DNA from: Candidatus Amesbacteria bacterium GW2011_GWB1_47_19
GTDB taxonomy: Bacteria; Patescibacteriota; Microgenomatia; CAZETR01; Amesbacteraceae
Assembly: GCA_001002325.1 (NCBI GenBank)
Contig: LCNZ01000007.1
Location: 26,763-90,762, forward strand
Length of the DNA stretch: 64,000 nt
Direction: 5' to 3'
A model generated the notes under the pieces. The model had not been told where the DNA came from. It did no database searches and was given only the letters and a program-made list of their open reading frames with translations. This document shows positions 1 to 8,985 of the stretch, piece after piece; the stretch's first letter is position 1, and each line of letters begins with the position of its first letter. The position numbers were made by a program, and so were the translations under genes.

Positions 1-1
1 T

Positions 2-631
2 GAGACGGCAAAGCTGAGAGTGTTCGGTACCGGGGTGGAGGAGGAGTCGATAGCAGTGTATGACACCCAGATTTCCGATTGGAAGAGGGTGTCGGTAGCC
101 TTTATTGCCGGGGGGGAGAGTGTGACATTGAGCCTGAAGGTGGATAAAATGCAACCCGGAAGTACGGTGTATTGGGACGGGGTGCAGCTGGAACGGGGCA
201 GTATCCCGACTGCATTTGAAAAAGAGACGGAGACGATGATAAGCCAGCCGGTGCGTAACCAGGCAAATGTGCAAATGGTATTGTACGTTTTGGCCCAACA
301 TAAAAAGTATGTGCCGGGATTCGGGACGGAATTTGCGGGAAATGTGCAGCCGAAGGTGATAGAGAAATGGGCATATGACGATGAAGGGGAACCATGGATG
401 AAAGCATCCAAAAAGACGTATCTGACCAAACTGACCCGGTATATGTCCGTGAATGAAATGACGGATGACCTGGTGATCCGGGAGGCTGACGACAACAGTC
501 CGGTGGGTGAAAGCGGGACGACTTTGGACAGCACGGTAAAAATAGGATTGGTGCTGGGGGTGCCATTACTGGCGGAAGCGCTGATTGTCGGATACGTCTG
601 GTATAGTTATAAGAGAAAGGGCCGGAAATAA
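2..631 (+). CDS. C-terminal part of a secreted, membrane-anchored protein with a possible carbohydrate-binding domain (5'-truncated)
   Basis: Frame is open from base 2. It has a YWDGVQLERGSIPTAF motif and a C-terminal TM helix with a basic tail. Confidence 0.7.
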   Translation, partial: ETAKLRVFGTGVEEESIAVYDTQISDWKRVSVAFIAGGESVTLSLKVDKMQPGSTVYWDGVQLERGSIPTAFEKETETMISQPVRNQANVQMVLYVLAQHKKYVPGFGTEFAGNVQPKVIEKWAYDDEGEPWMKASKKTYLTKLTRYMSVNEMTDDLVIREADDNSPVGESGTTLDSTVKIGLVLGVPLLAEALIVGYVWYSYKRKGRK

Positions 632-1212
632 TGGAGTCGATAATTTTTACGGTTGTGATACTGGCGCTGCTGGGCGGGCTGATATATTTGGTGTTTGTCC
701 ATCCTAAGGGAGGCCGGGATGCTTATTTTTATATTGTGGCATTTATCACACTGGCCATATTGTTTTGGGCGGTGACGGATCTGGTACGGGTAGTGTGGGA
801 AATGAAATGGGGGGTGTCCGGTTACTCCTCCGGTTATACATACCCATATCGGGGAGACCAGGGCCTGAGAAGAATTTCGATGCGGCTGTCGACTTTTCTG
901 GTGACGTTTCCGATATGGGCTTTCCACTGGTTTAAAGCCAGCCTGAAACCGGCGGAAAAAATAGACTGGCTGAGCCGGAAGACTTATGCGCTGGTGGTAC
1001 TGGTGCTGACAGCTTTTCTGGTACTGGGTTGCGGGACGGGGCTGGTATACCGGGGAATGAATGCCCTGCTGGGAGTGGAGGCTGCCAATGATAATGTGAT
1101 GGCTTTTCTGGTCCCGTATTCTCTGGCGGGACTGGGAGTGTGGGCGATGCATTATATGGCGTGGAGAGAAGCAAACGGAAAGATTGAAGCCGGGATAACA
1201 GGCAAAGAGTAA
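631..1212 (+). CDS. Multi-pass membrane protein (DUF5671-like)
   Basis: About 5 hydrophobic helices; repeated YFY/W..HW pattern. Confidence 0.65.
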   Translation: MESIIFTVVILALLGGLIYLVFVHPKGGRDAYFYIVAFITLAILFWAVTDLVRVVWEMKWGVSGYSSGYTYPYRGDQGLRRISMRLSTFLVTFPIWAFHWFKASLKPAEKIDWLSRKTYALVVLVLTAFLVLGCGTGLVYRGMNALLGVEAANDNVMAFLVPYSLAGLGVWAMHYMAWREANGKIEAGITGKE

Positions 1213-1219
1213 CAGGTCT

Positions 1220-2026
1220 ATGAATCTGATTCAGGTATTGGTGCTGGCGGCGGTGGAAGGGGTGACGGAGTTTTTGCCGGTATCGTCGACCGGTCACTTG
1301 ATTTTGGCGGTGAACGCGGCGGGAATAATGCAATCGGAATTTGTGAAGAGCTTTGAGATTGCCATCCAGCTGGGAGCGATTAGCGCCGTAGTGGTCTTGT
1401 ATTGGCGAAAAATAACGACGGATATGGAGGTATTGAAGAGAGTGGCGGCGGCATTTGTGCCGACGGGAATAGCGGGAATATTGGCGTACCGGTTTGTAAA
1501 ATCTTATTTGCTGGGGAATGCGGGAGTAACAATAGCGGCGCTTTTGATAGGAGGAGCGGGGTTGATAGTATATGAAAAATTCAAAATTCAAAATACTGGC
1601 AAAGCCAGCGCTGCGCGAGCAAAATTCAAATTAAATTCAAATTACAAAATTCAAAACTTGGATTATTGGAAGTGTATAGGGATCGGATTGATGCAGGCGG
1701 TGGCGATGGTGCCGGGAGTGAGCCGGGCGCTGATGACCATCATCGGGGGGGAGGCGATGGGACTGTCGCGCAGGGAAGCGGTGGAGTTTTCGTTTATGCT
1801 GGCTATTCCGACGATGGCGGCGGCTACAGGATGGGATCTGGTGAGAAGTGGGTGGGGGTTTTCCGGCGGGCAGTGGGGACTGCTGGCGGCGGGGTTTTTG
1901 GCGGCGGCGGTAACGGCGGCTGTGACCGTCAAGTGGCTGGTGGCCTGGGTGAAGCAGCAGCACAATCTGGAGATATTCGGATGGTACAGGATAGCGCTGG
2001 CAGGCGGGTGGTGGCTATTTGCCTAA
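1220..2026 (+). CDS. uppP: Undecaprenyl-diphosphate phosphatase
   Basis: EGVTEFLPVSSTGH and PGVSR motifs; contains an in-frame repeat insertion at 1576-1652. Confidence 0.95.
   Translation: MNLIQVLVLAAVEGVTEFLPVSSTGHLILAVNAAGIMQSEFVKSFEIAIQLGAISAVVVLYWRKITTDMEVLKRVAAAFVPTGIAGILAYRFVKSYLLGNAGVTIAALLIGGAGLIVYEKFKIQNTGKASAARAKFKLNSNYKIQNLDYWKCIGIGLMQAVAMVPGVSRALMTIIGGEAMGLSRREAVEFSFMLAIPTMAAATGWDLVRSGWGFSGGQWGLLAAGFLAAAVTAAVTVKWLVAWVKQQHNLEIFGWYRIALAGGWWLFA
1576..1652 (+). repeat. In-frame heptamer array with nested GC core (uppP)
   Basis: AAAATTC AAAATTC AAAATAC [24 nt] AAAATTC AAATT AAATTCA AATTAC AAAATTC. Confidence 0.85.
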
Positions 2027-2179
2027 CGCTTCGCGGAAAAGAGAACCGATGAAGCGGGCTGTATTGAAGAGGGTGTGGAGCAGGACCTGGACAATGCGGC
2101 CGGCGACATGGGGTAAATTCCGGGAGACGGAGATTTTGATCTTTTCTGACGTAGAGTTTTGGTAATCTGTGGAGTCCAT
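2015..2179 (-). CDS. Small hypothetical protein (54 aa)
   Basis: ATG-started ORF MDSTDYQN...EALGK fills the gap downstream of 2190-2570. Confidence 0.4.
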   Translation of the reverse strand: MDSTDYQNSTSEKIKISVSRNLPHVAGRIVQVLLHTLFNTARFIGSLFREALGK

Positions 2180-2189
2180 GCGGATGCGG

Positions 2190-2570
2190 TCAGGGCAGGG
2201 TCCGGCTAATCTGGACCGTACCTCCGGTGCGGAGAGTGAAGGTGGCCTGGAGGATGAAGTTTTTGGGACTGACGTCATATACACATTTACCGGAAGAGCA
2301 GGTACCTAGAATCTGGCGGCGGGTGGAACGGGTAGTGCGGCGTTTGGTAAAGAACCCGCCTTCGAAACCCTTGGTAACGGATGCAGCAGTGTCGTAAGTC
2401 AGGGCATAGTTTACTTTGGAAACAGTGGTGAGGCCGGTAAATGCTACATAAATGTAGTGACGGTTGCCCGAAACTGAGAGGGAAATATTGGGGGGGGAGG
2501 CGGCGGAAACGGGGAAAGAAGTTGTGAATAGTAACAGAAAAAGGGAGCACAGGGATACCAGAAGCTTCAT
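2190..2570 (-). CDS. Secreted hypothetical protein
   Basis: Signal peptide; LGTCSSGKC motif; TAAACT 6 nt before the ATG. Confidence 0.75.
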   Translation of the reverse strand: MKLLVSLCSLFLLLFTTSFPVSAASPPNISLSVSGNRHYIYVAFTGLTTVSKVNYALTYDTAASVTKGFEGGFFTKRRTTRSTRRQILGTCSSGKCVYDVSPKNFILQATFTLRTGGTVQISRTLP

Positions 2571-2597
2571 GGATCAAGTTTAGCATATAATTACCAT

Positions 2598-3200
2598 ATG
2601 AAGCCAAGGTGGCGGCAAGCGGTTTTGGGGATTCTGCTGATTGCGGGGATGGTGTTCACAGTATGGGATTACAGGGATTGGAAATGGGAAGAGACACGGA
2701 AGTACGGGCACGGGTATGAAGACCAGCTGGCACCGGCGGTAGCCCTGACCAGGACGTATCAGAATGACCTGGTGCGGGTGAGACTGAAGTATCCGGAAGA
2801 ATGGGAAATAAATGAAATTTCAAATTCTGCCTTGACATTTGAGGAGATGGTGAAGGAGGGGGGAAGGGTGGTGGTGGCACAGTGGCCGGGAAAAATGACC
2901 TTGAGTATAGAAAAAACAACCCGGGGGCTGCCGGATATCGCGGATGAGGAAGTGCGGTTATTGAATAAGGCGGGAGTAAATTTGAGCAAGGAAAGGGAAT
3001 ATATCAGCACCCAGGAGACGAATATGACGGTGTTGACCTGGGAGAAACCAAATGCTGTCCGGCAGCAGGAAGTGATTCAGAGAGGGCTGGCAGAAAAGAA
3101 GGGCAGACTGGCGGTGGCGGAAGCCAAAGTTTCCCAGGCAGACTGGCTGAAATGGGGAAAAACATTTTGGGAAATATACCGCAGTATCATAATTTTCTGA
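2598..3200 (+). CDS. Membrane-anchored PsbP-like protein
   Basis: N-terminal TM; LKYPEEW motif; C-terminal FWEIYRSIII. Confidence 0.65.
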   Translation: MKPRWRQAVLGILLIAGMVFTVWDYRDWKWEETRKYGHGYEDQLAPAVALTRTYQNDLVRVRLKYPEEWEINEISNSALTFEEMVKEGGRVVVAQWPGKMTLSIEKTTRGLPDIADEEVRLLNKAGVNLSKEREYISTQETNMTVLTWEKPNAVRQQEVIQRGLAEKKGRLAVAEAKVSQADWLKWGKTFWEIYRSIIIF

Positions 3201-3239
3201 GGCTTGTCAGGAAGATCGGTGATTTGTTAATATGCCCTC

Positions 3240-3740
3240 GTGGGTAAGAATATAGTGATAATCGGGGTGATATTGGCCGTCGGTCTGGCGTTGGTGGGAG
3301 GAGGAGTATGGTGGCTGCAGAGAAAAGAATCCGGAGCACCGGGGACGGGGGAAGTAATGAGGGGGCCGGAAATCGTGACTCCGGCGGATGAGTTTGAGCC
3401 GGCAGCGACGCCGGAGTTGTCACCGGTTCCGACGCAAGCCACAGAGATACAGGGAGGGGCGGTGAATATCAAGAAGTTTACAGTTGAGGGGAGCAATTAT
3501 AAATTTTCACCGGCGACGATCAAAGTGAAAAAAGGTGACACGGTACAGCTGACGTTTAAGAGTATGGATGCGATTCACGACTGGAGTTTGGATGTATTTG
3601 ATGCGGCGACAAACCAGATCGGGGAGGGAGAAGAGGAGGAAATTGAGTTTGTGGCGGAAAAAGCAGGTACATTTGAATTTTACTGCTCGGTGGGGAACCA
3701 CAGGCAGATGGGGATGAAGGGGAAGTTTATAGTGGAATGA
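3240..3740 (+). CDS. Membrane-anchored cupredoxin (type 1 copper) protein
   Basis: HDW...FYCSVGNHRQMGMKG copper ligands; N-terminal TM. Confidence 0.9.
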   Translation: MGKNIVIIGVILAVGLALVGGGVWWLQRKESGAPGTGEVMRGPEIVTPADEFEPAATPELSPVPTQATEIQGGAVNIKKFTVEGSNYKFSPATIKVKKGDTVQLTFKSMDAIHDWSLDVFDAATNQIGEGEEEEIEFVAEKAGTFEFYCSVGNHRQMGMKGKFIVE

Positions 3741-3818
3741 TTCGGGGTGCCCATTTCCATCTGCTCGCGAGTAGTTGTTAATAACTTGCGAAGATCGGAT
3801 GGTAGAGTTAAATTGGAG

Positions 3819-4154
3819 ATGGTGGCTAAAAAAGAAAGAAGCGGGTGGTATTGGTGGGTGATTTTAGCAGGAGTAAATGCGCTGGTGGTAGCGGGGGGAT
3901 GGATTTTCCCAGTTAAATTATTGATATTTTTTCTGACGGAAGTTGCGGTAATAATGATATGGGATAAAAGGAAAGATGATGGATGGTGGTTGTTGATGGC
4001 TGGAATAATTGGGCCGGGCGTAGAAGTGGTTGCCATATGTGGTGGTGCATGGAGTTATTCGGTTCCGTTTGTGTTAGGAGTTCCTATCTGGTTGCCATTA
4101 TTGTGGGGCTTATCTGGACTGTTGGCCAGAAGGATGGTTGAGGGACTAAAGTGA
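3819..4154 (+). CDS. Membrane protein
   Basis: 4 TM segments; E...GAWSY...GVPIWLPLLWG. Confidence 0.7.
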   Translation: MVAKKERSGWYWWVILAGVNALVVAGGWIFPVKLLIFFLTEVAVIMIWDKRKDDGWWLLMAGIIGPGVEVVAICGGAWSYSVPFVLGVPIWLPLLWGLSGLLARRMVEGLK

Positions 4155-4169
4155 TGATAAACTTGATAC

Positions 4170-4811
4170 ATGATAGTGGTGAATTTTAAAACGTATAAAC
4201 AGGCGACGGGGTACAAGGCGACTGAGTTGGCACATATTTGCAGAAAAGTACAGCAGGAGACCAAGGTAAGAATTGTGGCGGCTGTGCAAACGGCGGATTT
4301 GAGAAACTGCGTGGAAACGGGAGCGGAATGCTGGGTGCAGCACGTGGACCCGGCGGACCAGGGGGAAAATACGGGGTGGGTGACGGTGGAAGGGGTGGAG
4401 GAAGCAGGCGCCAGAGGGACACTTTTGAACCATTCGGAACATAAGCTGGATAAAGAAGTGCTGGAAAAAACCATGAAACTGATTGCCGGCATGGCGTTTG
4501 AAGTGTGTACCTGCGCGGCTGACCCGGATGAAGCCAGGTGGGCGGCTGAGCTGGAGCCGAATTATGTAGCTTATGAACCACCGGAACTGATAGGGAGTAC
4601 GGAAAAATCGGTGGCTTCCGAGAAATCGGGGACAATCAAACAAATTGTACTCAGTACTCACTGCCCAATACTGATCGGGGCGGGGATACACAGCCCCGAA
4701 GATGTGAAAGCAGGATTGGAAATGGGAGCCAAGGGAATCCTGTTGGCAACGGATATCGTATTGGCGGAAGATCCGGAGTACCAGCTGCGTCAGCTGGCAA
4801 GGGAGTTTTAA
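4170..4811 (+). CDS. tpiA: Triosephosphate isomerase, archaeal type
   Basis: VNFKTY, LLNHSE, AYEPPELIG and GAGI motifs. Confidence 0.95.
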   Translation: MIVVNFKTYKQATGYKATELAHICRKVQQETKVRIVAAVQTADLRNCVETGAECWVQHVDPADQGENTGWVTVEGVEEAGARGTLLNHSEHKLDKEVLEKTMKLIAGMAFEVCTCAADPDEARWAAELEPNYVAYEPPELIGSTEKSVASEKSGTIKQIVLSTHCPILIGAGIHSPEDVKAGLEMGAKGILLATDIVLAEDPEYQLRQLAREF

Positions 4812-4866
4812 TACAAGACCTGTTTAAAGGGCTTGACTTGTGGGCTGTTTAGAATACAATTTGATT

Positions 4867-5106
4867 GTGACTTTCGTATCTATAAGCCAATTAAAGATAA
4901 ATCCGACTAACGTCATCCGGGCGGCGGTTGATTACCCGGTGGCGGTGGAGAACAGAAATAAGGTGGAGGCGTATCTAATCGGGAAAAAATTGTTTGAACG
5001 GATTGAGGCTTATATTGAGGATTATGTGGATAGCCAGGCCGTAAAATCCACCGATTTTTCCAAGGGCAAAAATTTTGAAGAGGCGGCACAGAAATTGGGT
5101 ATATGA
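4867..5106 (+). CDS. Phd/YefM-like antitoxin
   Basis: VSISQLK..P...V..R N-terminus; directly upstream of the RelE-like gene; TTGACT..TACAAT promoter. Confidence 0.75.
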   Translation: MTFVSISQLKINPTNVIRAAVDYPVAVENRNKVEAYLIGKKLFERIEAYIEDYVDSQAVKSTDFSKGKNFEEAAQKLGI

Positions 5107-5369
5107 AAGTGATCATATCTCCCAGGGCGGAAAGGCAGTTGGGAAAATTGCCTAAGATGAAGCAGATAATAGTCGGGACAAAAATAAGATCGGTAGGGGG
5201 GTCAGGAAAGGTCTCCGGTGAAGAACTATTAAGAGGATATAAAAATATTTATAGGGTAAGGATGGGTGATTACAGGATGATATATAGACGGAATATTGAA
5301 GGAATATACATTATATTAATCGGCCATAGAAGGGATATTTATAAGTTGTTGGACAGATGGTTGGGGTAG
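5103..5369 (+). CDS. RelE/ParE family toxin
   Basis: YRVRMGDYRMIY and IGHRRDIY motifs. Confidence 0.9.
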   Translation: MKVIISPRAERQLGKLPKMKQIIVGTKIRSVGGSGKVSGEELLRGYKNIYRVRMGDYRMIYRRNIEGIYIILIGHRRDIYKLLDRWLG

Positions 5370-5399
5370 GCTTAATGAGGGGTATATTGTATACTTCGG

Positions 5400-6101
5400 A
5401 TGATGGATAAAAAGACCGTGTTTATTACGGGGGCGAGCAGGGGAATAGGTGCGGCGACGGCTAAGAAATTTTTGGCAGAAGGGTGGCAGGTGGCGGGATT
5501 TTATGTAAATAATCGGGTGGAGGACGGGGAGAACATTAAGTATTACCAGGCGGATGTGTCTGATGAAAGAAGCATTAAAGAGGCTTTCGGGAAAGCCTTT
5601 TTGGATTATAAAAGAGTGGACTGCCTGGTAAACTGTGCCGGCGTGCTGGAGGATAAATACCTGGATGAATATAACAAAGCACTGATGCAGAAAGTGATGG
5701 ATGTCAATGAAGTCGGGGTGTACCTGTGTACCAAAGAAGTAATCGGAAAAATGGAAGAGGGGGCGATAGTGACTATCAGCTCGACAGCCGGGCAGGTTGG
5801 CAGTTCCGATCCGATTTATGCGGCGACAAAAGCGGCGGTGGTGGCGTTTTCCAAAAGTATGGCGGTGATGCTGGCGCCGAAAGTCCGGGTGAACTGCGTA
5901 GCTCCCGGCCTGGCGGATACCGACATGGGAAGATTCGGATGGAGCCAGGGGGAATTTCAGAAAAGGGCGGAGATGATCCCTCTTCGAAAAATTGCCTCGC
6001 CCCAGGATATTGCCAACGGGATTTATTTTCTGGCCAGTGACCAGGCGGCACATATTACCGGAGCCTGCCTGGATATTAACGGAGGATATGTACTTCGATG
6101 A
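5400..6101 (+). CDS. SDR family oxidoreductase (FabG-like)
   Basis: TGASRGIG, NCAG and YAATK motifs. Confidence 0.92.
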   Translation: MMDKKTVFITGASRGIGAATAKKFLAEGWQVAGFYVNNRVEDGENIKYYQADVSDERSIKEAFGKAFLDYKRVDCLVNCAGVLEDKYLDEYNKALMQKVMDVNEVGVYLCTKEVIGKMEEGAIVTISSTAGQVGSSDPIYAATKAAVVAFSKSMAVMLAPKVRVNCVAPGLADTDMGRFGWSQGEFQKRAEMIPLRKIASPQDIANGIYFLASDQAAHITGACLDINGGYVLR

Positions 6102-6559
6102 TTTATATAGGGGCGGATCACCGGGGATGGGAATTGAAGGCTAAAATCAACAGGTGGCTGAAGGGCAGGGGATATGAGTTTGAAGATCTCGGGGCATATG
6201 AATACAACACGTGGGATGACTTTGCGGATTATGCCATTGATACCGCCCAGAGAGTGACAGCAGGGGGTGAAAAAAACCGGGGAATTCTGGTCTGCGGCAG
6301 CGGGATAGGAATGTGTATTGCCGCCAATAAAGTTAGGGGAATCCGGGCGGGCTTGGGATTTGCGCCGGATCAGGTCCATGCGGCGAGGAAGGATGATAAT
6401 ATCAATATCCTGGTTTTGGCTTCAGACAATACGGATGAACTGGCGGCGCTGGAGCTGGCGGAGAAATTCCTGGAAACGGAATTTGTGGAGTCGGACAATT
6501 ATTTGAGGAGGATTGAAAAGATTTCCAGGTATGAAGGACAACCTGCCGTGGGTAAATAA
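6098..6559 (+). CDS. rpiB: Ribose-5-phosphate isomerase B
   Basis: GADHRG and CGSGIGMCIAANK motifs. Confidence 0.95.
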   Translation: MIYIGADHRGWELKAKINRWLKGRGYEFEDLGAYEYNTWDDFADYAIDTAQRVTAGGEKNRGILVCGSGIGMCIAANKVRGIRAGLGFAPDQVHAARKDDNINILVLASDNTDELAALELAEKFLETEFVESDNYLRRIEKISRYEGQPAVGK

Positions 6560-7430
6560 AGCTGAGCTGACCGGGAAAAAAGTGCTGGTAAGAGGAGATC
6601 TGGATGTGGATGATGCGGATAACCCGAGAGCCAATTCAGTAAGACAGATGATTGTTTTTCTGAGACAGAAAGGAGCGGATAAAATAAAGGTAATAGGTCA
6701 CAGTGAGACGAGAGTTCCCCTGATAAACATGTTGAGAAACGAATATGTGGGGGTGGAATTTGACGACAAATTGAGAGATAACGGGGGAGAAAAGCTGAAT
6801 GATGAAAGTTTTGCCAAGAGTTTGGCCGAGGGATGGGAGGTGTATGTCAATGAAGCTTTTGCCACATCCCACCGGCGGCATGCTTCGATTTCGGCCCTGC
6901 CGCAGGTGATGCGCCGGGACGGGAAGGAAGTATATCTGGGTCTGAGGTTTGAGAAAGAAGTAGAAATGCTGTCCGGTATCTGGGAAAAAGCCGGCAGACG
7001 GATACTGGTGATAGGGGGAGTCAAAGTGAGTGACAAGGAGAAGTTTGCCCGGGATTTTAAAGATAAATTTGCCGCAGTGCTGACGGGAGGGATGATCTCC
7101 GGGGTTAAACTGCGCCCGGACGGGCTGGATATCAGCGATGAGGTGATTGCCGGATATGTTCAAGAAATTGCGACAGCGGAAGTGATATTAGCAGCGGGGG
7201 TGATGGGTAAATATGAAGATCCGGGGGCGGAAAAGGGGACGAAAGCCATATTGGAAGCAATAGCCGGAAACCAAAAAGCATATAAGGTTGCCGGGGGGGG
7301 AGATATTGAGATGGCGATATCCAAATACGGATTGACGGATAAATTCAATTGGATTTCGGTAGGGGGGGGAGCCATGCTGGAGTATCTGGGGACGGGAACT
7401 CTGCCCGGGATAGAGGCAGTTTTGAAATAG
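6531..7430 (+). CDS. pgk: Phosphoglycerate kinase, unusually short (299 aa)
   Basis: KKVLVRGDLDV, YVNEAFATSHRRHAS, GGVKVSDK and SVGGGAMLEYL..LPG motifs. Confidence 0.88.
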   Translation: MKDNLPWVNKAELTGKKVLVRGDLDVDDADNPRANSVRQMIVFLRQKGADKIKVIGHSETRVPLINMLRNEYVGVEFDDKLRDNGGEKLNDESFAKSLAEGWEVYVNEAFATSHRRHASISALPQVMRRDGKEVYLGLRFEKEVEMLSGIWEKAGRRILVIGGVKVSDKEKFARDFKDKFAAVLTGGMISGVKLRPDGLDISDEVIAGYVQEIATAEVILAAGVMGKYEDPGAEKGTKAILEAIAGNQKAYKVAGGGDIEMAISKYGLTDKFNWISVGGGAMLEYLGTGTLPGIEAVLK

Positions 7431-7453
7431 ATACGATGGTGTATATTTAATGT

Positions 7454-8524
7454 ATGGTAAAAGTGGCTGTTAACGGTTTCGGGAGGATCGGGAGACTGGC
7501 TTTAAGGATAGGGTTACTGAAGCATCATAACGAAATGGAATTTGCGGCGATCAATACTTCCGGGTCCATGGAGGTTGAGGGATGGGCGCATCTGGTAATG
7601 CAGGATACGACGTACAGGAGGTTTGAGATAGAGATAGAGATAGAGAAAATGAGATTGGTCAAAGAAACGACAGATGAAGATCCGCTGATCGGGTATCTGG
7701 TGGTGCCGAGCATGAATTTGAGGATACCGGTACTGGCACAGAAAGATCCGGAGAAGCTGCCCTGGGGTAAATACGGGGTGGAGGTGGTGATGGAGTGTAC
7801 CGGGAAGTTTACGGATGAGGATGGGGCGATGAAACACGCCAAGGCCGGAGCAAAAAAAGTGATCATTTCGGCGCCCAGCAAGGGGGGAAACGTGGGGACG
7901 TATGTGATGGGGGTAAATGAAGTAAACGGGAATGTAAAAGCAATTTCCAATGCATCTTGTACGACAAATTGCGTGACGCCAGTGGCGGCGGTGATGCATG
8001 CCAAGTTCGGTATCGCCAAGGCGATGATGACGACGGTGCATGCATATACCGACGACCAGGTGCTTCAGGACGGATCGCATAAAGATCTGCGCCGAGCCAG
8101 GGCAGCAGCGGTTAACATAGTGCCGACTTCCACGGGAGCGGCAATTGCCACAACCGAAGTGATACCTGAATTGAAGGGTCTATTTGACGGGATTTCTCTG
8201 CGGGTACCAGTGGTGACGGGATCAATTTCCGACTTTGTGTTTGTGACAAAAAGAAACGTTACCCGGGAGGAAATAAACGAGGCATTCAAGGAGGCGACGC
8301 AAAATTCCCAATATAAAGGGATTTTGGGGATGTCCGGAACAGACGGAGTGCCGGAACACTTGGTGAGCAGTGACATTATCGGCGGTAGTTACAGTGCAAT
8401 TATTGATCCTGAATTTACCCAGGTGATAGACGGGAATCTGGTGAAAGTACTGGCATGGTATGACAATGAGTGGGGGTATGCCAACCGGCTGGTGGAACAA
8501 ACGATAAGACTGGGCAGTGAATGA
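7454..8524 (+). CDS. gap: Glyceraldehyde-3-phosphate dehydrogenase
   Basis: NGFGRIGR, SNASCTTNC and WYDNEWGY motifs. Confidence 0.97.
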   Translation: MVKVAVNGFGRIGRLALRIGLLKHHNEMEFAAINTSGSMEVEGWAHLVMQDTTYRRFEIEIEIEKMRLVKETTDEDPLIGYLVVPSMNLRIPVLAQKDPEKLPWGKYGVEVVMECTGKFTDEDGAMKHAKAGAKKVIISAPSKGGNVGTYVMGVNEVNGNVKAISNASCTTNCVTPVAAVMHAKFGIAKAMMTTVHAYTDDQVLQDGSHKDLRRARAAAVNIVPTSTGAAIATTEVIPELKGLFDGISLRVPVVTGSISDFVFVTKRNVTREEINEAFKEATQNSQYKGILGMSGTDGVPEHLVSSDIIGGSYSAIIDPEFTQVIDGNLVKVLAWYDNEWGYANRLVEQTIRLGSE

Positions 8525-8985
8525 TTATGGACGGACACAGGACTGACTATTCACAGATAACCGAGAATATTATTATCGGATCGGATTTGTGTCCCGGACC
8601 GGGTTGCCCGGTGCACTCCGAGGAGTTTAAAAACCTGGGAGTTTGTGCGGAAGTGAACCTGGAAATTGAACGTAATGAAAAACCGACGCCGGGAATTGAT
8701 GTGTATTTATGGCTGCCGACCGAAGATAAACAGGCTCCCAACCCTGACCAGCTGGCGATAGGCACGGCGGCAATCAATGAAATGGTTAAGACTAATAAGA
8801 CTATCTATGTGCATTGCCGCAACGGACACGGCAGAAGTCCGACCATGGTGGCGGCATACCTGATCCGGTACAGAAATATGGGTGTTTCGGAGGCGATAGC
8901 TTTAATTAAACAGAAACGCCCTGAAATTCACCCGGAAGAGGTACAGATTAAGGCGCTGGAGGAATTTTATAAAACATGCGCGTAG
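8521..8985 (+). CDS. Dual-specificity protein phosphatase
   Basis: HCRNGHGRS catalytic loop. Confidence 0.9.
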   Translation: MIMDGHRTDYSQITENIIIGSDLCPGPGCPVHSEEFKNLGVCAEVNLEIERNEKPTPGIDVYLWLPTEDKQAPNPDQLAIGTAAINEMVKTNKTIYVHCRNGHGRSPTMVAAYLIRYRNMGVSEAIALIKQKRPEIHPEEVQIKALEEFYKTCA

